From Nitrospirota bacterium (GTDB taxonomy: Bacteria; Nitrospirota; UBA9217): a DNA stretch of 64,000 nt. Positions 21,320-30,426 of this stretch are shown one piece after another. The position numbers and the translations under genes were made by a program. The number at the start of each line of letters is the position of its first letter. Within the stretch, counting starts at the first letter, position 1. The notes beneath the pieces are model-generated. The model did not search any database. It was not told the origin of the DNA and saw only the letters and a list, made by a program, of their open reading frames with translations. The stretch covers positions 2,400,001 to 2,464,000 of the forward strand of contig CAVTRN010000002.1 in the NCBI GenBank assembly GCA_963737155.1, written 5' to 3'.

Positions 21320-21778
21320 CTAATGTCCCTTTTCTGAAACTAATTGAAATAATTTCGTATGCCCCTCATAGGTGAAGGCTGTGGCAACGCTGATCGTACA
21401 AAGGGACGTCACGGCAGGTGGCGACAGAGTAACCGGCCGGATTGTCCAGGTTCTTGTTAAAGCGGTCGTTACGCTTGAAATGGTCGGTTGCCCAGTCTCT
21501 AAATCAGTTACATCGGAATAGGGAATTCCGTCACAAACAAGATTTCCATTAGCAACGTTGATGGTGCTGCTGAGGGTTATAAGGTCTTCAAGTTTTTGCG
21601 CGGTGAGAGCCTGTGCCTTGACCCTGTACGAAGTTGATTTATCGACGTTAAAAGCTTGGACAAGAAGAGGCTCAATCGCCAACATTACTAATGCTATGAG
21701 GGCACCCGCAAAAATTACTTCCAGTAGCGTAAACCCCCGCTGGCTTCTATCCCTTCTTGCGAATTTCGTCTTCTTCAT
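21320..21778 (-). CDS. pilV: PilV-like minor pilin
   Basis: QRG|FTLLEVIFA; AQKLEDL; TRTWTI; SD GGAGG before ATG 21778. Confidence 0.8.
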   Translation of the reverse strand: MKKTKFARRDRSQRGFTLLEVIFAGALIALVMLAIEPLLVQAFNVDKSTSYRVKAQALTAQKLEDLITLSSTINVANGNLVCDGIPYSDVTDLETGQPTISSVTTALTRTWTIRPVTLSPPAVTSLCTISVATAFTYEGHTKLFQLVSEKGH

Positions 21779-22054
21779 GAAGTAACCCCTCCGGCAGTGG
21801 GCCCAATCAACGATTCTGCCTGAAAATTCAACCAACGTGACAAGCTATCCGCCCCTCGTCGTCAATGTTTCTAGATGGAACCGTCAGGAGGAACAGAATT
21901 CTGCACGAGCGGATAGGAAGTTGAATTATATAACGCAGCAAAGCCGCTAATGTATTTCATTTGCATATAGTAACCGTAGCAAGCAATTCCAGAAGAGTAA
22001 AGCCTTTTCAGTTGCGGGCAGCACTTTTCACTCATAACCGCATTGCCACAATTT

Positions 22055-22255
22055 CTAATGAGTATGCATTCTCACGCTCGATCTCTGATAGCGGCCGCGG
22101 GAAACACGCGGCTTTACTGCTTCCGCCATCATCAGATCGTAGAAGTCCCACGTATGTGATCCGCAGGCCGGACAACGTTCCCAAAGAAGGGCATCGGGCC
22201 GCATTGTGACAATAATAGCCGAACATTCCGGACATATAAATCTAGCTTCAATCAT
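22055..22255 (-). CDS. Small Zn-ribbon-like protein (66 aa)
   Basis: CPEC-x16-CPAC; AAAGG before ATG 22255; sigma54 promoter directly upstream. Confidence 0.6.
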   Translation of the reverse strand: MIEARFICPECSAIIVTMRPDALLWERCPACGSHTWDFYDLMMAEAVKPRVSRGRYQRSSVRMHTH

Positions 22256-22302
22256 AGAATGACCTTTCACGTATGGCGCTTAAAAAATATTACAATATTT
22301 AA

Positions 22303-22318
22303 TGCAATAATCGTACCA
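22303..22318 (-). promoter_or_regulatory. Sigma54 (-24/-12) promoter
   Basis: TGGTACGATTATTGCA matches TGGYACG-N4-TTGCA with exact GG-N10-GC spacing. Confidence 0.7.
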
Positions 22319-22399
22319 TGTATGTTCCTTGTTTTTTTAGCGGGTTATAAATATAAACGAGGAGGAATTGTTATCTGCAGTTCTTAGATGTGTAATGTA

Positions 22400-23230
22400 T
22401 TACATAACGATTATGCCAGCATAACCTACGACCTGATCATAGTCACCGCTCGTATCTCCGGAGTTTGCGTATTTCACCATTTCAGCTTTCGTGGCGCCGA
22501 GCAATTGAGCGGCCGTCAGCATTGCCACGGCCGGGCCGCATCCGCACATAGTGATGCCGAACTCCTTGACCGTATGATAGAGTCCTACAGGGTCAAGGTT
22601 CAGTATGTGCTGAATTGCCTTGGAATCCTTTTCTTTTGCGGTAGATGCCTTCTCGTAATGGGTCATGTCCGAGCTGGCTACGATGAGCACACTATCCATG
22701 CCCTCCCTGCCCTTGATCCCTCCTCCCTTTTGGATAATCGCCGAAGCTACCGCTTTTCCCAGTTCCTGACATGTTTCGAGTCGGGTGTCGAGCATCTGGA
22801 TTGGAACAATCTTGAAATCGTTTTTCAAGTACTGAATAAAAGGAAGCTGAACTTCAAGGGAATGTTCACGGAGATGTGCAAGTTCGTCATCTCGAATACG
22901 AGGCGACTGCGATATAATCGCTGCGGCTAGCCTTTCATCGATGGCCACGATGCCAAGCGGCGTCTCCCATGCTCCCTTTGCCATAAGAGAAACAGGCGCG
23001 CCGAGCCCCGTATGATTCGGGCCGATGAGAACAATGGTATCGGGGAGTTCGATGCCTGAGTAGACGGCACCGGCCACAGATCCGGAATAGATCAGGCCGG
23101 CATGAGGAGCGACAATGCCGACTGCTTTTTTCCGCGTAACGGCCGGAGTTACAAATTCCGCGATCTGCTTTCTAAGCCCTTCAGAAGAGCCTTTATAGAA
23201 ATATCCTGCTACAGCCGATTGACGGACCAT
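22400..23230 (-). CDS. amrB: AmmeMemoRadiSam system protein B (MEMO1 family)
   Basis: R.SAVAGYFY, PHAGLIYSG, GPNH, EHSLEVQLPF, SSDMTHY, TMCG.GP, VVGYA. Confidence 0.93.
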   Translation of the reverse strand: MVRQSAVAGYFYKGSSEGLRKQIAEFVTPAVTRKKAVGIVAPHAGLIYSGSVAGAVYSGIELPDTIVLIGPNHTGLGAPVSLMAKGAWETPLGIVAIDERLAAAIISQSPRIRDDELAHLREHSLEVQLPFIQYLKNDFKIVPIQMLDTRLETCQELGKAVASAIIQKGGGIKGREGMDSVLIVASSDMTHYEKASTAKEKDSKAIQHILNLDPVGLYHTVKEFGITMCGCGPAVAMLTAAQLLGATKAEMVKYANSGDTSGDYDQVVGYAGIIVM

Positions 23231-23599
23231 GGCCTTCTCCGATGCATTAGTGGTTTATCCGCTGGTTTTTGTTCTATCCCAGTATTTTCGCTGTCGTTCC
23301 CTGCGAACGGATATCCGAAAGCGACTGGAACACTTCAGGGATGTGAGTATTTGGGGAAATGACTTCGCTAGGTTTGGCCTCCGTTTCCACCAAGATGATC
23401 GAATTTTCGGCCATCTCCCTGGTGGCTGTCCTGAACTTACCTGTCAAAAAAGACAATTCCCGAAGGAAAACCCCGGAGCACAACACGACTCGGTCGACCC
23501 TGCTAGCCTGACAGTATGTGGTATGTAGTATTAATTTTTATAGCAAATATTCCTTGCGATGAAAATCCTTTGGACGGTGCAAATAGTCCTGCGAAGTAA

Positions 23600-24132
23600 A
23601 TAACCCCGCAGCAAGCTGCGAGGCATTTTGACTAGAATCTAAAACCTATTTGCTCATCATGCTGATACCGAATATAGTTTCTAATCACTTCCGCCGTTAT
23701 TTTGTCGCCAACCGAACGGACAAAGTAACCATCGTTCCACAGTTCCCCTCCCCAGAGCTTTTTCTTTATCTCCGGGAACTCTTGGAACATTATTCTGGCG
23801 GAGATACTTTTAATCATTTGTACTACCTTCGCAGGCGCATACTTCGGAGGAACAACCAAAAACAAGTGTACATGGTCATCCATGACTTCCATCGTATCTA
23901 TTTCCAAATCGTACTGTTCAGCTATCTCACGAAAGATTTCTTTCAATCGTTTCGTCATCCGAACGTCGAACAGTTTTTTACAATATTTCGGTATCCATAC
24001 GAAATGGTACTTGAGATCATAGACACAATGTCTGCTTCTTCTCAATGGGCTCATGACCCGTATTGTATCAGAAAATCATCCTGACTTCGTCAGGATATCC
24101 TTTTCATCCCAGCAGCAAGCTGCTGGGTATTC
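23600..24132 (-). mobile_element. IS200-type element (tnpA only) with subterminal hairpins
   Basis: Hairpins CCCCGCAGCAAGCTGCGAGG (23604-23623) and CCCAGCAGCAAGCTGCTGGG (24108-24127), plus ATCCTGAC-TTC-GTCAGGAT (24078-24096), flank a Y1 transposase; exact ends uncertain. Confidence 0.8.
23632..24054 (-). CDS. tnpA: IS200/IS605 family Y1 HUH transposase
   Basis: YHFVWIPKY, DHVHL (HUH), KSISAR, LWNDGYF, YIRYQ. Confidence 0.95.
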   Translation of the reverse strand: MSPLRRSRHCVYDLKYHFVWIPKYCKKLFDVRMTKRLKEIFREIAEQYDLEIDTMEVMDDHVHLFLVVPPKYAPAKVVQMIKSISARIMFQEFPEIKKKLWGGELWNDGYFVRSVGDKITAEVIRNYIRYQHDEQIGFRF

Positions 24133-24620
24133 AAGGATGTTTTTTATAAAGATCCAAAGACAGTACAACCAGACCATCCTGTTGTGTCGTTTGCGATGCT
24201 CCAAGTATGGCAGGAATCTTTCGGTCAGGATAGGGAATGATGGATTATGTGCTTTTGGAACATCAATGACCGTATCAGAATATCCTGCATGGTTAATACG
24301 TGCTCTGTTTACATCGGCATAAAACACCGGTGTTGCGACATTTGCACTATATTTCGATTGAAGCCTCTATTGCCCTCGTCCACATATCAGCATACCAAAC
24401 ATTCCTGAGATGTATATGAAGGATTGGTTTAGGTAATCTTTGTGCCGAGACAACCACGGCAAACATCTTATCCGTCCCGCTGATGGCGGCTTTCCAGCCC
24501 GATTTCCTGCGATATTTCTAAACGCTTTTCGTAACCCGTAATTTTACAGAAACCAGGGCTATCTCCCTATAAGAATCGTATACGTTCCAAGCGTCAGATT
24601 CGACAACTGCGTCTCCGCAC

Positions 24621-26009
24621 CTAAAAATTTCTTTTCTCCGTGTTCTCAAAGCGGGTAAACTTGTTAATATAGGTCAAATCAACTTTCCCGATGGGCCCAT
24701 TTCGCTGTTTTCCGACGATGACTTCTGCGACGCCCCTCCTCCCACACAGACATTCTCCCTCATAGGGGCACTCGCATTTGTTATAGACCTCATCCCGGTA
24801 GATGAATAATATAACATCGGCATCCTGCTCGATGGCTCCCGATTCGCGAAGATCGGCAAGCATCGGCCGTTTTTCCTTTCCTGGCCGCGTTTCCACGGCG
24901 CGGTTCAATTGGGAAAGAGCAATGACGGGGACTTTCAGGTCCTTGGCGAGCATTTTGAGCGATCGCGATATATTGGATATTTCCTGCTCCCTGCTTGACT
25001 CGTTCTGACGGCCGCGCATGAGCTGGAGATAGTCTACAATGATAAGGTCAAGACCGCGTTCAGCCTTAAGTCTTCTTGATTTCGCCTGCATTTCAAGCAC
25101 GGAGAGGGCGGCCGTGTCATCGATGTATATTGGAGCTTCGGCGAGTCTTCCCGCGGCATTCGCAAGAGGGGTCCAGTCCCGTTCCGATAAATGCCCGGTC
25201 CGCAGCCGATGCGCGTCTACCCGAGCCTCAGACCCCAGCAAACGAAGTCCTAGGGCCTCCTTGGACATTTCAAGACTGAAAAAAGCGACAATCTTCTGTT
25301 TTTCGGCAGCGGCGTAAGCCGCGACGTTGAGGCAAAAAGCGGTCTTGCCCATGGATGGACGGCCCGCAACAATAACAAGGTCGCTCGGCTGGAGGCCTGA
25401 CGTCAGATGATCGAGATCGACGAAACCAGTAGGGATGCCCGTGATCATCTCTTTCCGCTCGTAAAGATCTTCGACCATTTTAAAGCTGTGACCGACGATG
25501 CTTTTCAAGGGTGAAAATGCCTCGCCGATTTTCTTTTGCGCTATGTCGAAAATGGAGCGTTCCGCCGTATTCAGCAGTTCATCAATGCTCTCGACCGTGC
25601 GTGAATCATCATAGCATTGCGTGATGATATCGGTAGACGCGTGAATAAGCCTTCTCAGGACAGACTTTTCGCGGATGATCTTCGCATGGTACTTGATGTT
25701 AGCCGCTGTGGGCACGAGGCTCACGAGATTCGCCAGGTAGGACGCTCCCCCTACGGTCTCGAGCGCAACTTTCCCGCGAAGGCTGTCCGTCAAGGTTACA
25801 AGATCGATCGCCTCCCGGCGTTCGAACATCTCGATCATGACGGCAAATATCCTCCGGTGAATGTCCTTGTAGAAATCCTCGGGCGACAACAGCGACATCA
25901 CGTTATTGAGTGAATCGTTTTCAATCAGGACGGCGCCAAGCACCATCTGTTCGGCTTCGATGTTCTGGGGAGGAAGTTTTTGGAGAGGAACTTCAGTCTG
26001 GACGGACAT
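24621..26009 (-). CDS. dnaB: Replicative DNA helicase with a Cys-rich insert
   Basis: PPQNIEAEQ, GRPSMGKT, VDYLQL, LSQLNR, DLRESGAIEQDAD, KQRNGP. Confidence 0.98.
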   Translation of the reverse strand: MSVQTEVPLQKLPPQNIEAEQMVLGAVLIENDSLNNVMSLLSPEDFYKDIHRRIFAVMIEMFERREAIDLVTLTDSLRGKVALETVGGASYLANLVSLVPTAANIKYHAKIIREKSVLRRLIHASTDIITQCYDDSRTVESIDELLNTAERSIFDIAQKKIGEAFSPLKSIVGHSFKMVEDLYERKEMITGIPTGFVDLDHLTSGLQPSDLVIVAGRPSMGKTAFCLNVAAYAAAEKQKIVAFFSLEMSKEALGLRLLGSEARVDAHRLRTGHLSERDWTPLANAAGRLAEAPIYIDDTAALSVLEMQAKSRRLKAERGLDLIIVDYLQLMRGRQNESSREQEISNISRSLKMLAKDLKVPVIALSQLNRAVETRPGKEKRPMLADLRESGAIEQDADVILFIYRDEVYNKCECPYEGECLCGRRGVAEVIVGKQRNGPIGKVDLTYINKFTRFENTEKRNF

Positions 26010-26039
26010 GATTCAACCTCAAATCTATTACAGGGAGTA

Positions 26040-26163
26040 GTTTCGTGGGAGGGAGTACCGTCAAAACCCCTGCGAAAGAACGACGACCATTCCGGTCATC
26101 AGCTCTTATTCAAGCCGCCTGCCGCAGGATAAATAGCCAGGGCGCCTTCCCACGGAGAGAAAC
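26040..26163 (-). ncRNA. Candidate structured RNA or dnaB leader
   Basis: Nested pairings CGTGGGA/TCCCACG, TCCTGCGG/TCGCAGGG, GGCGGCT/GGTCGTC; G-U pairs favour the minus strand. Confidence 0.5.
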
Positions 26164-26167
26164 AACG

Positions 26168-26191
26168 AAGGCTGGTGCAGGCACCAGCCTT
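26168..26191 (-). terminator. Hairpin downstream of rplI (terminator-like)
   Basis: Perfect 11-bp inverted repeat AAGGCTGGTGC/GCACCAGCCTT followed by CGTTGTTTCT. Confidence 0.5.
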
Positions 26192-26243
26192 AGAAAAAAC
26201 AATTCAAGGATCATGATTCTACATCGGCGAATACGCTGGAGCG

Positions 26244-26690
26244 TTACCCCTCTGCAATTACTGTCAGCTTGAAATCCACCGTGACATCAGCATGCAGTTT
26301 CACGGAAATGCTATAATCCCCCAGCCGTTTGATCGGCTCATCAAGAATAATTTTCCTCTTATCGATGGCTACGCCCTGCACCTTCATAGCTTCGGCGATA
26401 TCCATGGTCGTAACGGAACCGAATAGTTTGCCCTCTTCGCCGCTTTTGGCCTTGATTGTAATCGCCAGGGCCTTGATTATATCGGCATCCGCTGCCACTT
26501 CCTTTTTCAACTTGCGAAGACGGTCGCTAATCATTTTCTTCGCATGCTCCATGGCATGGAGGTTTTTTGGCGTGGCCTCAATGGCTTTTTTGTTCGGCAC
26601 CAAATAATTTCTCGCATAACCATCAGCAACCTTGACGAGATCGCCAATCTTGCCTAATTTATCCATGTCTTCCCGTAAAATTACCTGCAT
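26244..26690 (-). CDS. rplI: 50S ribosomal protein L9
   Basis: MQVIL..LGKIGDLVKVADGYARNYL, GKLFGSVT; own TTGACA/TAGTAT promoter and SD AAGGAG. Confidence 0.98.
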   Translation of the reverse strand: MQVILREDMDKLGKIGDLVKVADGYARNYLVPNKKAIEATPKNLHAMEHAKKMISDRLRKLKKEVAADADIIKALAITIKAKSGEEGKLFGSVTTMDIAEAMKVQGVAIDKRKIILDEPIKRLGDYSISVKLHADVTVDFKLTVIAEG

Positions 26691-26853
26691 TTCTGAAACT
26701 GCTCCTTTCGAATTCGTAATAGTGGTAGGATACTACCAGAAAGGGGGGCGAGGTGTCAATCAGAATCTGAATCGCGGCTGCTGTCTGGGGCACCTCGGAG
26801 TCAAAACCGCGGTGTAATGAACCTTACTGTATATTTTCGCCGCTCCTCTGATC

Positions 26854-29529
26854 TCAACCACCTGCTTTTTTCTTGAGTTCATGCAATTTGTTCATGGCTT
26901 CCAGCGGTGTCATGCTATTCAGGTTCAAGTCCTGCAGTTCCTTGAACAGGAGCCCCGCCTCGCTCGCGAAAAGGCCCAACTGCGGTTCAAACGTGGCTGC
27001 TTCATCGGTCTGGTTTGCTCTTATCTTTTGCCTGTCCTGCCTCTCCGTGTCTCCCCTTTCCGCTCCAAGTTTGGGAGCGGCCACGGGCTCGCCCAATTCA
27101 TTGAATTCAGCTTTTTCCAGGTTTGCGAGCACTTCTTTGGCACGCAGAATTACTGCTTGCGGAAGTCCTGCAAGCCGGGCCACCTGGATTCCGTAGGATT
27201 TATCCGCACCGCCTTCCACGACTCGCCGAAGAAATATGATCTGGTCATTCCATTCCTTTATGGCCACGGTGTAATTCTTGACGCGGTCCATGGTAAGCGT
27301 AAGTTCGGTCAACTCGTGGTAATGGGTGGCGAATAGAGTACGCGATCTGAGTGACATGTGGATATATTCCGCCACGGCCCAGGCGATGCTGATTCCGTCG
27401 AATGTGCTGGTACCCCTTCCGATCTCATCAAGGATAATAAGACTCTTGTCAGTGGCGTTGTTCAGAATGTTGGCAGTTTCAGTCATTTCCACCATGAATG
27501 TGCTCTGTCCGCGTGTGATGAAATCAGAGGCGCCTACTCGCGTGAAAATTCGGTCTATCAGTCCGATCTGGGCTTCCCGCGCCGGGACGAAGCTTCCCAT
27601 CTGCGCCATGATTGCAATAACGGCAACCTGGCGCATGTAGGTTGATTTGCCCGCCATGTTCGGACCGGTGAGAATAATCAGCTGATTTTCCTCGCAGTCG
27701 AGGATCGTGTCATTCGGGATAAACCGCTCATCAGCGGTGAGCTGTTCAAGGACCGGGTGCCTTCCCTCAACAATCTTCAACCCATCGCCATCGAGGATCA
27801 TGGGCCTCGTATAATTGTTCTTTGCCGCCGACTCGGACAGCGACGCCAGGCTATCGAGGATCGCCAGCCGACGGGCCATGTCCTGCACACGCACGGTCCA
27901 AGCCCCTAATTGTTCCCTCACTTGCTGAAAAAGTTTGAATTCCATTTCGAGGATTTTTTCTTCAGCTCCAAGCACCTTGTCCTCGTATTCCTTCAGCTCC
28001 GGAGTGATGAACCGTTCCGCATTGGTTAGCGTCTGTTTGCGGATGAAATCAGGCGGTATGTTGGAGAGATTCGTCTTCGTCACTTCGATATAGTATCCGA
28101 AGACCTTGTTGTAGCTTACTTTCAGCGAGCTGATGCGCGTTCGCTCCCGCTCACGCTTTTCGATGCCCGCGATCCATCCCTTTCCCTCAGAGCTGATGAA
28201 CCGCAGATCATCGAGCTCCGCGTCAAACCCTTTTTTAATCAATCTGCCTTCCCGAAAGGTATAGGGAGGATCGTCCGCGATGGCCTTCTCGATGAGCTCT
28301 GATGCGTCCTGAAGATCATCCCAGCCGTTTACCAGATCGTAGATCATTTTTGATCCCAAATCGGCGATCAACGCCCGGAGATTCGGCAGTGCGTCAAAGG
28401 ACCGCTTCAAGGCAAGTAGGTCCCTCGCGTTCGCGACGCCGAGTGACACCCTGCTGATAAGCCGCTCGAGATCATAAACTTCTCCAAGGGCTGTCCTCAA
28501 ATTGGTTCGAACCTGGTGACCGTTCTTCAGTTCACTGATGACGTCGAGACGCCGTTCGATTTCACCTGCATCCATAAGCGGGTTCAGCAGCCATTCACGC
28601 AGTTTTCTTCCACCCATGGATGTGACCGTAAAATCCAGTATTGCAAGAAGAGTTCCTCTCGACGAGCCGTCATATATATTCCTGATCAATTCGAGATTCC
28701 GCTGGCATGACGCGTCCAGCACCATATATTCCCGCAACCGAAAGGGCTTTACCTGCCTGAGGTTCGCGAGTCCGGTTTTCTGTGTTTCCTCCATGTATCG
28801 GAGCGCCGCTCCGGCAGAAGAGATACCCATTTTCATATCAGTGACACCGAACCCCTCAAGCGATACGGTCTTAAAATGATCCAGCAGCGTGCGGTAAGCG
28901 GTTTCATAATCAAAGGTCCAGTCGTCAAAGCCATTGACCGCCTGGGTATACTGACGCAACAGTGCCAACAAACCCCGTTCGGCCTGATAACCCCGAGGAT
29001 ACACGATTTCCCGCGGCGTAAAACGCGCAAGCACGTTGTCTAACTCCGCAAGATTGCCGGCGCCGCGGATTTCGGCAAGGAAGAACTCGCCCGTTGAAAT
29101 ATCAAGAAACGAAAGTCCGAATCCGTCCTTGGCCGGATAAAGAGAGGCGAGATAATTGTTGTCCTTTGCATCGAGAAGGTTTGAGTCCAGCACCGTTCCC
29201 GGCGTCACGATCCGGATGACTTCCCGCTTTACGATACCTTTCGCGAGTTTGGGGTCCTCCACCTGCTCGCAGACGGCGACTTTGAAACCGCGCCGGATCA
29301 GCTTGGCGATGTAGCCTTCCGCCGCGTGATAGGGAAACCCGCAGAGCGGCGTCTCGATGCCCTTGGATTTGTTCCGCGCTGTGAGCGTGATCTCAAGGAC
29401 TTTTGCTGCCGTCACTGCGTCCTCGTCGAACATCTCGTAAAAATCGCCCATGCGGAACAGCAGGATCGCATCCAGATGCCTGTGCTTGATCTCGCGATAT
29501 TGCTTCATTAAGGGAGTTAAGTCGGACAT
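26854..29529 (-). CDS. mutS: DNA mismatch repair protein MutS
   Basis: TPLMKQY, FRMGDFYE, TGPNMAGKST, DEIGRGTST, FATHYHEL, SYGIQVA. Confidence 0.98.
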   Translation of the reverse strand: MSDLTPLMKQYREIKHRHLDAILLFRMGDFYEMFDEDAVTAAKVLEITLTARNKSKGIETPLCGFPYHAAEGYIAKLIRRGFKVAVCEQVEDPKLAKGIVKREVIRIVTPGTVLDSNLLDAKDNNYLASLYPAKDGFGLSFLDISTGEFFLAEIRGAGNLAELDNVLARFTPREIVYPRGYQAERGLLALLRQYTQAVNGFDDWTFDYETAYRTLLDHFKTVSLEGFGVTDMKMGISSAGAALRYMEETQKTGLANLRQVKPFRLREYMVLDASCQRNLELIRNIYDGSSRGTLLAILDFTVTSMGGRKLREWLLNPLMDAGEIERRLDVISELKNGHQVRTNLRTALGEVYDLERLISRVSLGVANARDLLALKRSFDALPNLRALIADLGSKMIYDLVNGWDDLQDASELIEKAIADDPPYTFREGRLIKKGFDAELDDLRFISSEGKGWIAGIEKRERERTRISSLKVSYNKVFGYYIEVTKTNLSNIPPDFIRKQTLTNAERFITPELKEYEDKVLGAEEKILEMEFKLFQQVREQLGAWTVRVQDMARRLAILDSLASLSESAAKNNYTRPMILDGDGLKIVEGRHPVLEQLTADERFIPNDTILDCEENQLIILTGPNMAGKSTYMRQVAVIAIMAQMGSFVPAREAQIGLIDRIFTRVGASDFITRGQSTFMVEMTETANILNNATDKSLIILDEIGRGTSTFDGISIAWAVAEYIHMSLRSRTLFATHYHELTELTLTMDRVKNYTVAIKEWNDQIIFLRRVVEGGADKSYGIQVARLAGLPQAVILRAKEVLANLEKAEFNELGEPVAAPKLGAERGDTERQDRQKIRANQTDEAATFEPQLGLFASEAGLLFKELQDLNLNSMTPLEAMNKLHELKKKAGG

Positions 29530-29632
29530 AAGAAAAAAGAAGACGGAAAACCGACGCCAGACGACAGACACGCGAGAAATCCCCTTGTACCTCGGTCCGG
29601 CACCCGACATCGGGATTCCGACTGTCTGAGCA

Positions 29633-30385
29633 TCATCCTTTCGTCAGTATCCCAAGCTTCTTCATTACCTGCTGAACGTCCTCCCACACAAGTTTTTTGC
29701 CGCTGGGATTTCTCAGAAGATAGGCAGGGTGAAATGTCGGCATAAGCGGTATGCCTTGATAGCTTTGCCATTTGCCGCGTAGCGCGGTTATCCCCTCAGA
29801 GGTTCTAAGCAGGGTTTTAACGGCCGTGTTCCCGAGGGCCACGATAACAGCGGGGTTGATTGCCGCTAGCTGCTTTTTAAGAAAGGGTTCACAGGCCTCG
29901 ATCTCATCGGGTTCAGGATTCCTGTTGCCCGGAGGCCTGCACTTCACAATATTGCAAATGAAGACGTCCTCGCGTTTGATCTTCATGCCCTTGACGATGA
30001 TGTCCGTCAGAAGTTGCCCGGCGGCACCAACAAAAGGCCTGCCCTGCAGGTCTTCCTCCTGGCCCGGACCTTCCCCGACAAAAACCAGAACCGCATTCGG
30101 GTTCCCCTCGCCAAAAACAATGTTCGTTCTACCGCCGTATAGTTTGCACCGCGTGCAATCGCCAAGCTCCTCACGAATTGCTGAGAGTCCGGAGGGCGTC
30201 AACGATGGCTTCGAAATCGCTGGCTCGATTACTTTTCCCGCCGAAGCCAGAGGCACAGGAGACGCGCTGCCGATGCTGTGAGAAGATACGACTTCGATCA
30301 TGCGGACCCCGAGCGCTTTTTGATACTCGAGGTGTGTTCTGACTTGCGAAACGATATCCAGTAATTCACGCCAAATTTCAGTCAT
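29633..30385 (-). CDS. Family 4 uracil-DNA glycosylase ([4Fe-4S])
   Basis: CTRCKL, VGEGPG, PFVG.AG, KCRPPGNR, TFHPAYLLR. Confidence 0.93.
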   Translation of the reverse strand: MTEIWRELLDIVSQVRTHLEYQKALGVRMIEVVSSHSIGSASPVPLASAGKVIEPAISKPSLTPSGLSAIREELGDCTRCKLYGGRTNIVFGEGNPNAVLVFVGEGPGQEEDLQGRPFVGAAGQLLTDIIVKGMKIKREDVFICNIVKCRPPGNRNPEPDEIEACEPFLKKQLAAINPAVIVALGNTAVKTLLRTSEGITALRGKWQSYQGIPLMPTFHPAYLLRNPSGKKLVWEDVQQVMKKLGILTKG

Positions 30386-30426
30386 TTTCTTACCGTAAAG
30401 TTGAAATTTGCACTCCGACCTTTCAC

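Noticed and set aside
21780-22050. c-di-GMP riboswitch upstream of the pilin operon
   Set aside because: GGCAAAC...GAAA...GACGCAAAG consensus not found on either strand
23274-23528. Short ORFs on both strands upstream of amrB
   Set aside because: No recognisable motifs; cannot be supported
24133-24620. Possible tnpB or cargo next to IS200
   Set aside because: No RuvC or Zn-finger motifs and no long ORF
24735-24790. Intein in dnaB
   Set aside because: Insert is only about 10-12 aa and has no splicing motifs
26085-26110. CTGATGA suggesting a hammerhead ribozyme or fluoride riboswitch
   Set aside because: No stem II closed by GAAA, and no GGCGATGG-type 5' element
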